From: a bacterium
Lineage (GTDB): Bacteria > Electryoneota > B3-LCP
Reading direction: 5' to 3'
Length of the DNA stretch: 42,524 nucleotides
Assembly: GCA_018812585.1 (NCBI GenBank)
Contig: JAHJDJ010000325.1
Coordinates: forward strand, 1 to 42,524
Made by a program: the position numbers and the translations under genes. Below are positions 1-8,388 of the stretch, one piece after another; position 1 is the stretch's first letter; every line of letters begins with the position of its first letter. The notes below the pieces were generated by a model that ran no database searches, was not told where the DNA came from, and saw only the letters and a program-made list of their open reading frames with translations.

Positions 1-1121
1 AAAAATCCGGGGCGTTCAATGCGTTTTCCGCCGGACAGGATCTCGCCGCCAGTTTTCTTGATGGTTTCAAGGGCTTCTTCCATAGTCACGACAGCCGCTT
101 TGTTAACCAGCGGTCCCATCAGGGTGCTTTCATCCAGCGGGTCACCGAGGCGCACTTGCTTATAGGCATTCAGCAACTTTTCGGTGAAGGATTTGGCGAT
201 ATCTTTATGCAGGAAAACGCGGCGGGTTGAGGTGCAGCGTTGTCCGGAAGTACCCACAGCTCCGAACAGGACGGCTCGCAGCGCTATCTCGATGTCCGCA
301 GTTTCGTCGACGATGACGGCGTTGTTGCCACCCAATTCGAGGATTGTGCGGCCTAATCTCTTGCCGACAACTTCGCCGACGTGGAAGCCGATTTGAGTTG
401 AACCGGTAAAGGAGACCAGCGGAATGCGTTTATCGGAAATCAGGCGGTCGCCGATGACGCGGCCTTTGCCGATCATGAGATTGAACACACCCTGTAATTT
501 ATGGGCTTTCATCACGTCGTTGCAGATTTTCTGCACGGCGACTGCAGTCAAGGGTGTTTCCGAGGATGGTTTCCAAAGCGTGACGTCACCGCAAACGGCG
601 GCTAAAGCGGCGTTCCAGGACCAGACTGCGACGGGGAAATTGAAGGCTGAGACGACGCCGACGATCCCCAGAGGATGCCACTGTTCAAACATGCGGTGGA
701 GGGGACGTTCGGAATGCATGGAATTGCCATAAAGTTGACGTGATAGTCCCACAGAAAAATCGCAGATGTCGATCATTTCCTGAACTTCGCCCCAGCCCTC
801 CTGCACGATCTTGCCCATTTCCAGGGTCACCAGGCGGCCCAATGCGTCTTTCTTGGCTCGTAGAGCATCCCCCAATTCGCGGACGATTAAACCGCGTTTG
901 GGCGCTGGGATCATACGCCATTCAAGGAAAGCTTCAGAAGCGGCTTCCATCACCTTTTCATAGTCGGATTCGTTCGCTTGCGCTACGCGGGCGATCTCTT
1001 TGCCATTGGTTGGATTTATGGATGCCAGCAGATCACGTCCCTCTGTCGGACTCCAGGCCCCCGGTCCAGAACATGCGCCGGGATTCACACCTTCTATACC
1101 AAGTTCTTTCAAGAACTCCAT
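1..1121 (-). CDS. Aldehyde dehydrogenase, ALDH7/alpha-aminoadipic semialdehyde dehydrogenase-like (3' end runs off the window)
   Basis: Manual translation (not in the ORF track): MEFLKELGIEGVNPGACSG...LEMGKIVQEGWGEVQEMIDICDFSVGLSRQLYG...SERPLHRMFEQWHPLGIVGVVSAFNFPVAVWSWN...FTGS...LELGGNN...GQRCT. AGGAG lies 6 nt upstream of the ATG at 1121. Confidence 0.93.
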   Translation of the reverse strand, partial: MEFLKELGIEGVNPGACSGPGAWSPTEGRDLLASINPTNGKEIARVAQANESDYEKVMEAASEAFLEWRMIPAPKRGLIVRELGDALRAKKDALGRLVTLEMGKIVQEGWGEVQEMIDICDFSVGLSRQLYGNSMHSERPLHRMFEQWHPLGIVGVVSAFNFPVAVWSWNAALAAVCGDVTLWKPSSETPLTAVAVQKICNDVMKAHKLQGVFNLMIGKGRVIGDRLISDKRIPLVSFTGSTQIGFHVGEVVGKRLGRTILELGGNNAVIVDETADIEIALRAVLFGAVGTSGQRCTSTRRVFLHKDIAKSFTEKLLNAYKQVRLGDPLDESTLMGPLVNKAAVVTMEEALETIKKTGGEILSGGKRIERPGF

Positions 1122-1376
1122 TATCATCTCCTAAGTTGTGGCGCTTTTGGAAGCACTTATAAATCGGTTTAAAAAACGGGCTGAAAAACCCGCCCAATAA
1201 GGTAAGAAAAAGCGTCTGACAAGTCAAGCGGATTTGGAGTATTTTATCAAATCGGACGATCTGTTTTTGCCTGTTCTGCATAAACTTCGGCAGAGGCTTA
1301 AGAAATCATTGAAAACCATTGTCTTTTCTGCGAATCATTTATAATTTGTCTTTGATCTTCTGAACATCCTCTTTAT

Positions 1377-2957
1377 GTGGCGGTTATGCAGAAACGGCTG
1401 ATTGCAATCACTGGGCAGGACAAAGATGGCGGCACACGCATTAAGCATACTCTCGCCAGCCGCGGGATCAATGCGACTTTTCACACCATCGATCTTCTGC
1501 AATTGGAAAAACTGAGTCCAGGGTTCGATGGAGTTGTCGTCCAAGTCAGATCGATGCCGGAGGCGCGTTCCATTGCCTCTATCTTTGAAAAACAAATCCG
1601 CCTCCCCCCCACCATCGCAATACTTTGCAAGGGTCTCCGTTACGCCTCGTACCAACCCATCCTGAACAAAGTTCCTCTCTTCCGCGAACCCAGCACCAAC
1701 GAACAATGGAATAATCTTGGCAGGGTAATCGGAGTTTTGATGCTGCAGGAACAGACTGTAAAAGAACAGCCTGTGAAGCGGTTGACCAAGTCCAGTTCTG
1801 GGTTTACCATTTATCCGAATGCGACACGCTGTGATGCATTGCGTTCATCAGGAGCTGTCGCCGGCGCGTTGACGGTCGAATTCGATCGAGCGCTGCATCA
1901 TATTGCTGAACGAGTCAGCTCTATCAACAAAGCGCTGAAACACGATATTCACATCTCATCCGATCTTGAGGCAATAGAGTGCGAAACTAAAAATGCTTCC
2001 CGCGTGACCACTCAGTTACGCAGTATGTTGAACGGGGAAACCGGGTTGCATGGCAGCGTTGACCTTAACCAGCTCCTGCGGGAAATCGTGCCGCTGGTTA
2101 AATCCATTCTGGGAAACCTGATACCCTTGACATTAGAATTGTATCCCGGCTCACTGCCTCTTTCCGGTGACCGGCTGCAGTTGCAGAGGGCGCTCTTTAA
2201 TATCTTCATCAATGCCAAGGATGCGCTGGGTAAGGAGGGGGCTTTGCGCATCAGGACCGGAAAGTTGAACTACGAGGACAGTTACGATCTGGGATTGGTA
2301 GAGGCGAAAAACGGCAGTGTCTGGATTGCCATACAAGATACCGGTCTGGGGATGACCACCAAAGTCAGAGAGAGCCTCTTTAAACCATTTTTCAGCACAA
2401 AACCTGTCCATGAGCATCCGGGGCTGGGCATGATCATGGTCAAGCATATCCTCGATCAGCATCAGGGGATTATCAACATCGACAGCCAGGCAGGTCGAGG
2501 CACTACGATTACATTTCATTTTCCTGCTCTTCCCATTACGAGAGGCGTTGCAACGAAGAGCGGCACAGCAGAAGACGAGGCTCGCTCCGTGCTGGTCATC
2601 TGCCATGAGCCGGTGATGCTGCAACTTTTAACGGACGTTCTACAACGCGAACAATACCGGGCATTGCATACTAATCGTTTATGGGAAGGGATTGAATTAC
2701 TGTACGAGCACCGTCATGAAATCGAAATTGTCATCTTACATGCGTCACCTTCCGACACGGATATGAAGGAGCTGGTCGAACGTGTACAGCAAATCCACAA
2801 AGAGGCTAAGATCATCATTATCCAGAGCCAGTCCATCGATAGCGACGTCGAAGCGCCAGATTCTCAGAACGTGAGATATCTATACAAACCGTTCCGGCTG
2901 AAGCATCTGTTGGAATCAATTGAACTCCTGAGAAAAGGCTCTGGAGCCGGCAATTGA
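1377..2957 (+). CDS. Hybrid sensor histidine kinase-like protein (HATPase_c plus degenerate HisKA and receiver domains)
   Basis: N box LFNIFINAKDA, G1 IQDTGLGM, F box LFKPFFSTK, G2-like PGLGM, and a C-terminal REC-like fold ending YLYKPF. The start may be ATG 1386. Confidence 0.85.
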   Translation: MAVMQKRLIAITGQDKDGGTRIKHTLASRGINATFHTIDLLQLEKLSPGFDGVVVQVRSMPEARSIASIFEKQIRLPPTIAILCKGLRYASYQPILNKVPLFREPSTNEQWNNLGRVIGVLMLQEQTVKEQPVKRLTKSSSGFTIYPNATRCDALRSSGAVAGALTVEFDRALHHIAERVSSINKALKHDIHISSDLEAIECETKNASRVTTQLRSMLNGETGLHGSVDLNQLLREIVPLVKSILGNLIPLTLELYPGSLPLSGDRLQLQRALFNIFINAKDALGKEGALRIRTGKLNYEDSYDLGLVEAKNGSVWIAIQDTGLGMTTKVRESLFKPFFSTKPVHEHPGLGMIMVKHILDQHQGIINIDSQAGRGTTITFHFPALPITRGVATKSGTAEDEARSVLVICHEPVMLQLLTDVLQREQYRALHTNRLWEGIELLYEHRHEIEIVILHASPSDTDMKELVERVQQIHKEAKIIIIQSQSIDSDVEAPDSQNVRYLYKPFRLKHLLESIELLRKGSGAGN

Positions 2958-2972
2958 TCGGATCTGAAAACA

Positions 2973-3096
2973 GAAAATAATAACGCCCCTATCGTGATAT
3001 TCGACAGGGGCGTTTTCGTTATCCGCTCTATTTCATCAAGCCGATGATCTTCTCGACGCCGCGTGACGTGAACCAGAAGCCGACGACCCATTTGGA
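2973..3096. repeat. 124-bp direct repeat, copy 1 (terminator plus last ~68 nt of the holin gene)
   Basis: Identical to 4318-4441 except for 5 mismatches in a 6-nt stretch at the hairpin loop (GTGATA vs CTATAG). Confidence 0.97.
2974..3020. terminator. Probable bidirectional intrinsic terminator
   Basis: AACGCCCCTATCG-loop-CGACAGGGGCGTT stem with an A-tract on the left and a T-tract on the right, just downstream of the kinase stop. Confidence 0.8.
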
Positions 3097-3247
3097 ACTC
3101 ATAATTACAAAAAAGCACCTCTCATTATGCGAACAAGCACTAAGAGATATAATTAGAAGTAGGGCTAATGGGTCTACGTAAAAAGGAAGATACTATGGAA
3201 TTGGTGCTTGAATTTGAAGATGGTAAGCCTGTTTAAAAAGGCTAGTA

Positions 3248-3772
3248 CTATTCTGTAGGAGGGTCTTCGCCGGTAGGTAAATCTTTAGTGGTTTTTACCG
3301 GGGTCCGTTGACGTGTGAATAAAAATCCACCGAAAACAATTGTCAGGGTTGATACAATTAGTGTTGTAGCGACCCATTCATGGTCATACATTGCTAAAAT
3401 TACGCCACACACAATAATAAATGCCGCCAACAAGCTTCCTAAAGTTTGTCCTCTTCTTTCTAATACACGTTGATCTTTTACCCCTTCAATAGCAGCAGAT
3501 AATTTTTTCTCCTCGAACTCAAACTCTTTAATATCCATCCTAAATCTATGCTGCTGTTCGTTTTCAGCTATTTTTATAATACGATCACCTGCACCAGTAA
3601 GCGTGCGTTCATATACCTCGAACTCAGAAGCCATTGGGAGAGGTCCACGCCGATACAATTCTTGTTGAATCGTAACAAGTCCTTTTGTTTCGCGTGGAAT
3701 CTCCTCAACGTCTCCAATATCTTCTGGCTCAGTCGGGAAATCTTCACCCTGCGGATCTTCAGAATCAGGCAT
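3248..3772 (-). CDS. DUF2335-like predicted membrane protein
   Basis: Motif YRRGPLPMASEFEVYERTLTGAGDRIIKIAENEQQHR followed by RGQ and two hydrophobic helices. Confidence 0.85.
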   Translation of the reverse strand: MPDSEDPQGEDFPTEPEDIGDVEEIPRETKGLVTIQQELYRRGPLPMASEFEVYERTLTGAGDRIIKIAENEQQHRFRMDIKEFEFEEKKLSAAIEGVKDQRVLERRGQTLGSLLAAFIIVCGVILAMYDHEWVATTLIVSTLTIVFGGFLFTRQRTPVKTTKDLPTGEDPPTE

Positions 3773-3780
3773 ATATTACA

Positions 3781-4035
3781 CTAAGGAAACCTAATTGGTA
3801 ATTGAAAAGTGGAGTGAATGGAGTGTTTTGGTTTAGCATCAGAAAGTTCTAAGCCTACTGATGATATCCACATTTTTCGAATCTGGATACCATCATCAAT
3901 CCACGATCTCATTTTTCTAATTGATGGTTCGTGGATTGATGGAAGCCCTAAGCTTTCGGAGCTCACAGGGAAGAAGCTACCAATAAGAGAGCCAACACCA
4001 GAAAAATAGTGAGCTAAAGCGTCTCGCTGATACAT
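3781..4035 (-). CDS. Small hypothetical protein upstream of the DUF2335 gene
   Basis: ORF ends 8 nt before the DUF2335 start. ATG 4035 (MYQRD...) is preferred because ATG 4095 abuts the predicted -10 box. Confidence 0.55.
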   Translation of the reverse strand: MYQRDALAHYFSGVGSLIGSFFPVSSESLGLPSIHEPSIRKMRSWIDDGIQIRKMWISSVGLELSDAKPKHSIHSTFQLPIRFP

Positions 4036-4095
4036 GGTAATACTCTTCTTTGTGGATTTATTTCTGAGTTTTTCGAGCGGTTGCCTTCCAAACAT

Positions 4096-4124
4096 AATTT
4101 ACCATCTCCATCATATTTTGTCAA
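4096..4124 (-). promoter_or_regulatory. Sigma70-type promoter of the islet genes
   Basis: TTGACA-17 nt-TAAATT on the minus strand. Confidence 0.65.
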
Positions 4125-4317
4125 GCAGTTTGTTAAATAATTCGCCAGCTACTTAGTTTCTTTTACTTGACTGGTATTCTCTTCTTTACAATATTTGATA
4201 CGTATCTATTCCCGTTCTCGTTGTGATTATACGCACAGAGCGGGAGTATGTTCACCCTAGTTATGTCAGAAAACACACTCAGCGTCCTATTCTACATATG
4301 TTAAACTAAGACATTGC

Positions 4318-4441
4318 GAAAATAATAACGCCCCTATCCTATAGTTCGACAGGGGCGTTTTCGTTATCCGCTCTATTTCATCAAGCCGATGATCTTCTCG
4401 ACGCCGCGTGACGTGAACCAGAAGCCGACGACCCATTTGGA
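4318..4441. repeat. 124-bp direct repeat, copy 2 (holin 3' end and terminator)
   Basis: Matches 2973-3096; contains the holin stop at 4373 and a GC hairpin followed by a T-rich tract on the minus strand. Confidence 0.97.
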
Positions 4442-4867
4442 GAGTTCGACGACCTCTTCAGGGATGATGAGCAGATCGGGTAAGCTGATAAACACCTGTT
4501 GATAATATTGGATCAGTATTCCCAGGGCAAAAAGCCCCACCAGGCTAAACGACAGCAAGGGGCGTGTAATCGTCCGCCAGAGCTGTGCCTGAGGACTTAA
4601 CTCTGCGGCTTTGCCGTAGAATGCCATTTCGAATTCCCGCCTGGCTTGCTCTTCCTTCTGGAGAGCGGCTTGCAACTCAGGGTCCTGTTGCGCAAGCCTC
4701 TTCACACCAGATAGCACTTGATCGATCTGTCGATCTGCGATGCCGATTTCCTTGGCGGCTTTGCGAACCAGCAGATGGCCCGCGCCTTCGACCAGAGAAC
4801 GGACGATGGTTCCTCCCGGCAGGAGATCTGCCGCCGATGAAACGATACTTTTCAGATTGATTCCCAT
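4373..4867 (-). CDS. 3TM-type holin (GTA_holin_3TM-like)
   Basis: Helical N-terminus, then W-x-x-x-x-RP before a TM helix, and C-terminal VVGFWFTSRGVEK, characteristic of this holin family. Confidence 0.8.
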   Translation of the reverse strand: MGINLKSIVSSAADLLPGGTIVRSLVEGAGHLLVRKAAKEIGIADRQIDQVLSGVKRLAQQDPELQAALQKEEQARREFEMAFYGKAAELSPQAQLWRTITRPLLSFSLVGLFALGILIQYYQQVFISLPDLLIIPEEVVELSKWVVGFWFTSRGVEKIIGLMK

Positions 4868-4881
4868 GATTTCCCCCCTTT

Positions 4882-5877
4882 CTAATTGGATTTCTTAAAA
4901 TAGATCATATACTTGGGATCAAGACGGCTGAAGCGGTAGGTTACGGCTTTGCCTTCCTGATCTTTCTCACCGCAGCGGTTGTATGCTTTCCAGCGCGTCA
5001 GGTTGATATTTTTACGGCCGTAGGGATCATGCGCAATGACGTAGGGTTCATCGAATTTATAGGTATATCCAATCCCCAGGATGACATGCTTCATACGGCT
5101 GGAGTTCAGCAGCGCTGGACTGCCCTGGTCGATGGCGCGTTGGAATTCCGCCAGCGTCACACTGGGTTGATAGACTGGCAACCAGCCTCCTCCATTACCT
5201 TGTGTGAACTGGAGACAGATATCTTTCAGGAAGTCTCCACGCGCCGTGATGATGCTGTTATAAGCGGAGGCAGGGTGGATTCCATCCCAAAGTTGCTGTC
5301 CCTTTCCCCAGTAATCCATCATATAGACATAGAGCCAGGTGGGTGATAAACGGTTAGAGCGCAGCCAGCTTGAAAGCGGCGCGCCATCAGGATATGCGGC
5401 AGGGGATCGGGTCAGGTCGAAAAAGCACAGCAGCATATAGAGCGAGGTCACGTTACAGGAGCCAGGTCTGATGCATCCTTTTTTTCTGGGGCCGGGGCAA
5501 TTTTTAGCGCCTTGACCATAGGATCCACCATCAGGAAGTTCGTTCATCCAGCAGCCGTCCGGAGTTTCGTCTCTACGGTCGGGGTCTGAAGCCCAATAGG
5601 CGCTGTCGGTGTGGGGATTGTCGAGTTGGCTGACGCAGGGGACGTTCCGAATGACGTGCTGATGTTTCGAGGACAGTGTCTCTTTGCATTCAGGCAGCAG
5701 GTATTCCCTGTCGGGCTTAAATATCCAGCCGTCAGATGATAAACAAGGATTATGTTTGACAACCTCTTCCTTGAATTCCTCCCAGGCTATGGGAATGTGG
5801 TTTTTGACCTGTTCGGTGTAGATTTTCCAGCGGCTGCCGCGCAGAGCGCGCTCGCGCCGCGTCCAGGATAAGGACAT
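4882..5877 (-). CDS. C39-like (papain-fold) cysteine peptidase, putative cell-wall hydrolase
   Basis: VPCVSQLDN, SCNVTSLYMLL (catalytic Cys), HVILGIGY (His), AHDPYG (Asp); no signal peptide; GGAGG RBS. Confidence 0.8.
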   Translation of the reverse strand: MSLSWTRRERALRGSRWKIYTEQVKNHIPIAWEEFKEEVVKHNPCLSSDGWIFKPDREYLLPECKETLSSKHQHVIRNVPCVSQLDNPHTDSAYWASDPDRRDETPDGCWMNELPDGGSYGQGAKNCPGPRKKGCIRPGSCNVTSLYMLLCFFDLTRSPAAYPDGAPLSSWLRSNRLSPTWLYVYMMDYWGKGQQLWDGIHPASAYNSIITARGDFLKDICLQFTQGNGGGWLPVYQPSVTLAEFQRAIDQGSPALLNSSRMKHVILGIGYTYKFDEPYVIAHDPYGRKNINLTRWKAYNRCGEKDQEGKAVTYRFSRLDPKYMIYFKKSN

Positions 5878-5974
5878 GGTTCCTCCAGTTTAATTGGGGA
5901 TTTGTGGGTGAGAATTACTCAGGTGAGATTATTGAAAGTGAGTGTGGAATTTAAGTAAATAAGTTGTCACAAAG

Positions 5975-6214
5975 CACCTCTGACTAATGGCATTAGATTA
6001 ATGAATCTGACACTGTTCACCCCTGTCTAATGGCCTTTGATTAATTACGTTTACAGGTAGCGCGGGGGCTTGCCCCCGCAGACGGTTAACCGAAATGTCT
6101 TACCTGGGGTGTCATGGCCACGCCATGACGCATTATTCCTGTCACGGAAGTCTCCGTGACAGCCGAGGAAAGATTTACCCCTGACTGATGGACATTAATT
6201 ATTTATCTTTACAC
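5975..6214. repeat. Three degenerate 39-bp direct repeats (5975-6013, 6018-6056, 6176-6214)
   Basis: Gap-free alignment with consensus ACCYCTGWCTRATGG-N5-ATTAWT...TKACA. Confidence 0.75.
6057..6162. repeat. Three REP-like palindromes
   Basis: GTAGCGCGGGGGCTTGCCCCCGC, GTCATGGCCACGCCATGAC and CTGTCACGGAAGTCTCCGTGACAG. Confidence 0.75.
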
Positions 6215-6423
6215 TCAGCCTACCCGCCCAGAATTCACTTGTACGCCTCTGGCGTATTCTGAGGGAGGGGCGGTGCATGTAAACCTAATTAATGCCATCA
6301 TCGGGATGCGTAAGGAATCTGACAGCATGTCAGACTCCGGACGCCAAAAGCACAGGCAAGCCGGAGTGACAGGCCAACCATAGGAAATTAGTTTTGGAAA
6401 GCAACTAGAAACTGGGGTTGGAA

Positions 6424-7068
6424 TTAGCGATAGGAAAGTATCTTCTGGCGGAATTGTCGCACGGCTGCGGCGATGTCGGGAGCGGCAGTGATCGCGGTAA
6501 CGACTGCAATCCGGCGAGCGCCGGCTGCCAGCAGCGGTTCGATATTATCGATTTTTATACCGCCCATGACGGTGATGGGGATAGAGACGCGGTCCTTAAT
6601 CTGCTTGAAGAGATCGATGCCAACCGGGCCAGCTAAGTGTTCCTTGGTCTGCGTGGCGTAGATGGGACCGACGTTGATAGTGCTGGCGCCTTCGCTGACT
6701 GCTTTCAGGGCTTCATCCAGATTGTGGGTGGATGCACCGATGACAGCTCGCGGGCCAAGCAGACGCCGCGCTTCAGGGATAGGGAAATCATCCTGTCCCA
6801 GGTGGACGCCGTCGGCTTGTACCGCTATGCAGATATCCACACGGTCATTGATGATCAGGGTCATTCCAGCTTCGCGAGTGCGGCGGCGAAATTCGGCTGC
6901 CAGGTGGAACAGATCTCGATCGGAGAGTTCTTTGGAGCGCAGTTGCACTACTTGCGCGCCACCGGCGATAAGGCCATCCAGCACTTCTAAGTTACTGCGC
7001 CCGGCGGAGAGGGATGCGCAGGTCACGGGATAAAGATCGAAATCTAAAGGGTCAGTCTTGGGAACCAT
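6424..7068 (-). CDS. thiE: Thiamine-phosphate synthase
   Basis: VVQLRSK, LIINDRVD, GVHLGQDD, GASTH, GPIYATQTK, MGGI. Confidence 0.96.
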   Translation of the reverse strand: MVPKTDPLDFDLYPVTCASLSAGRSNLEVLDGLIAGGAQVVQLRSKELSDRDLFHLAAEFRRRTREAGMTLIINDRVDICIAVQADGVHLGQDDFPIPEARRLLGPRAVIGASTHNLDEALKAVSEGASTINVGPIYATQTKEHLAGPVGIDLFKQIKDRVSIPITVMGGIKIDNIEPLLAAGARRIAVVTAITAAPDIAAAVRQFRQKILSYR

Positions 7069-7268
7069 TAACCGCCTCCCACAAAACGCACCAGCTCAAC
7101 CGTGTCGCCATCCTGCAATTGTGTGGTATCGTAGACCGACCGGTCGAGGACTTCGCGATTCAGTTCAACCAGCGTGGTTTTGGGGTTCAGTTTATAGTCG
7201 TTCAATAGATCGGCCAGGGCTAAGTTAGCTGCCGCTTCCCTGGGCGTTCCATTGACTGTGATCTTCAT
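7068..7268 (-). CDS. thiS: Sulfur carrier protein ThiS
   Basis: MKITVNG...VELN...ELVRFVGGG with C-terminal GG; ATG 7268 has GAAGGA upstream. Confidence 0.95.
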   Translation of the reverse strand: MKITVNGTPREAAANLALADLLNDYKLNPKTTLVELNREVLDRSVYDTTQLQDGDTVELVRFVGGG

Positions 7269-8388
7269 GTGAATATCCTTCATGCATCAAGCGGTCCCAG
7301 TCTTTCCAGACCGGTTCGTATCCAGCTTTTTGAATGGCGCGGGCCACTTCTGCGGGCGACCTCTCATCGACGACGGCAAACTGTTCGCCGCGCCGTTCAG
7401 GGTGAATGTACCCTCCCGGTTCGGTGCGTGATCCGGCGCTCATCTGGGTCACTCCTAAAGGAATCAATTGATCGCGCAGTTCAGCCGGTTCTCTGGTGGA
7501 GACAACAATTCCAGCGTCATGCAGGAAGATCCGCAGCGCCAGCATCATCTGCACCATCTCCACGTCACTGACCAGTGAGGGAATGGAAAAATTCTCGGGT
7601 ATATTCCGCAGACGAGGGAAACTGATAGAGACCTGCGTGCGCCAGTATTTTTTCATCAAATAATCGGCATGCAGAGCCAGAGCGATGGCTTCAGCGCGCC
7701 AGTCGTTCAATCCCAGCAGTGAGCCGATACCCAGGCGCCGCATCCCCACCTGACCGGCGCGTTCAACGGCATCTAAACGCCAGTTGAAATCTTTCTTTTT
7801 ACCTCTGGGATGCATCTTCGCGTAGACGTTGCGGTCGTAGGTTTCCTGATAAAGCGTCAAGCCATCCGCGCCGGCCTCAGCCATCTGAGCGTAGCCTGGA
7901 CCTGACAATGGGTAGACTTCCAGCGATAAGGACGGAAAATCGGGTTGCAGAGCTTGCAGGATTTCTGCCAACCGGGCGACCGGAAGCACTTTGGGCGCCT
8001 CGCCGCTGACCAGCAGCGCGTGTCCGAATCCCCACCGTTTCAGTTGGTCGGCTTCAGCCAGGATTTCTTCCATATTTAACGAAATACGGGGGATGTCGCG
8101 GGTGGCTTTGAAACCGCAATAGACGCAGGCGTTGCTGCATTCATTGGATAGATATATTGGCGCATACATCAGAATCACTCGGCCAAAACGCCGCAGTGAA
8201 ATAGCGTGAGCTTGTCTGGCCATCGGTTCGAGGTAATCCTGCGCAGCGGGTGACAGCAGCGCCAGAAAATCGGAGAAATCCGCCTGGTCTTTGTTAATGG
8301 CAGATGCGACTCTATCAGGGGTGATTTCGGTCAGTTTCGACCGGATCGCAAGCAGGTCGGTGCTATCTAAAACGTCCGTAAAGGTCAT
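7225..8388 (-). CDS. thiH: 2-iminoacetate synthase (radical SAM)
   Basis: [52 protein letters not shown]. Confidence 0.96.
   Translation of the reverse strand: MTFTDVLDSTDLLAIRSKLTEITPDRVASAINKDQADFSDFLALLSPAAQDYLEPMARQAHAISLRRFGRVILMYAPIYLSNECSNACVYCGFKATRDIPRISLNMEEILAEADQLKRWGFGHALLVSGEAPKVLPVARLAEILQALQPDFPSLSLEVYPLSGPGYAQMAEAGADGLTLYQETYDRNVYAKMHPRGKKKDFNWRLDAVERAGQVGMRRLGIGSLLGLNDWRAEAIALALHADYLMKKYWRTQVSISFPRLRNIPENFSIPSLVSDVEMVQMMLALRIFLHDAGIVVSTREPAELRDQLIPLGVTQMSAGSRTEPGGYIHPERRGEQFAVVDERSPAEVARAIQKAGYEPVWKDWDRLMHEGYSHEDHSQWNAQGSGS

Larger units (their letters stand above)
3097..4317. mobile_element. AT-rich integrase-less islet between 124-bp direct repeats
   Basis: Visibly lower GC than the flanks, bounded exactly by the two repeat copies, and carrying a DUF2335 gene pair with its own promoter. 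Confidence 0.7.

Noticed and set aside
184-1281. ORF-track calls over the first 1.3 kb
   Set aside because: Shadow frames of the minus-strand aldehyde dehydrogenase, which the track missed because it runs off the window.
2864-3118. 84-aa minus-strand ORF
   Set aside because: It spans the duplicated holin end out of frame, the terminator and the antisense of the kinase; spurious.
3168-3236. Short plus-strand ORF MGLRKKEDTMELVLEFEDGKPV in the islet
   Set aside because: Only 22 codons with no supporting motif; it could be a gene fragment but cannot be supported.
3120-4310. dif/Xer half-sites or attC at the islet ends (TTATGCGAAC near 3127, TATGTTAAACT near 4297, GTTATGT near 4260)
   Set aside because: Only half-site matches, in inconsistent orientation, with no complete 28-bp dif or paired attC stem; plausible by chance in AT-rich DNA.
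2973-4441. DGR template/variable repeat pair
   Set aside because: The length is similar to a TR/VR pair and one copy is at a gene 3' end. However, the coding part is identical, mismatches are confined to the terminator loop and are not adenine-specific, and no reverse transcriptase is present. The four-helix-bundle gene is 28 kb away.
5975-6214. CRISPR array
   Set aside because: The repeats are degenerate, spacing is irregular (4 nt vs ~119 nt between copies), and no cas genes are in the window.
4373-6420. Prophage
   Set aside because: No integrase, capsid, terminase, tail or replication genes; only a holin-hydrolase pair.
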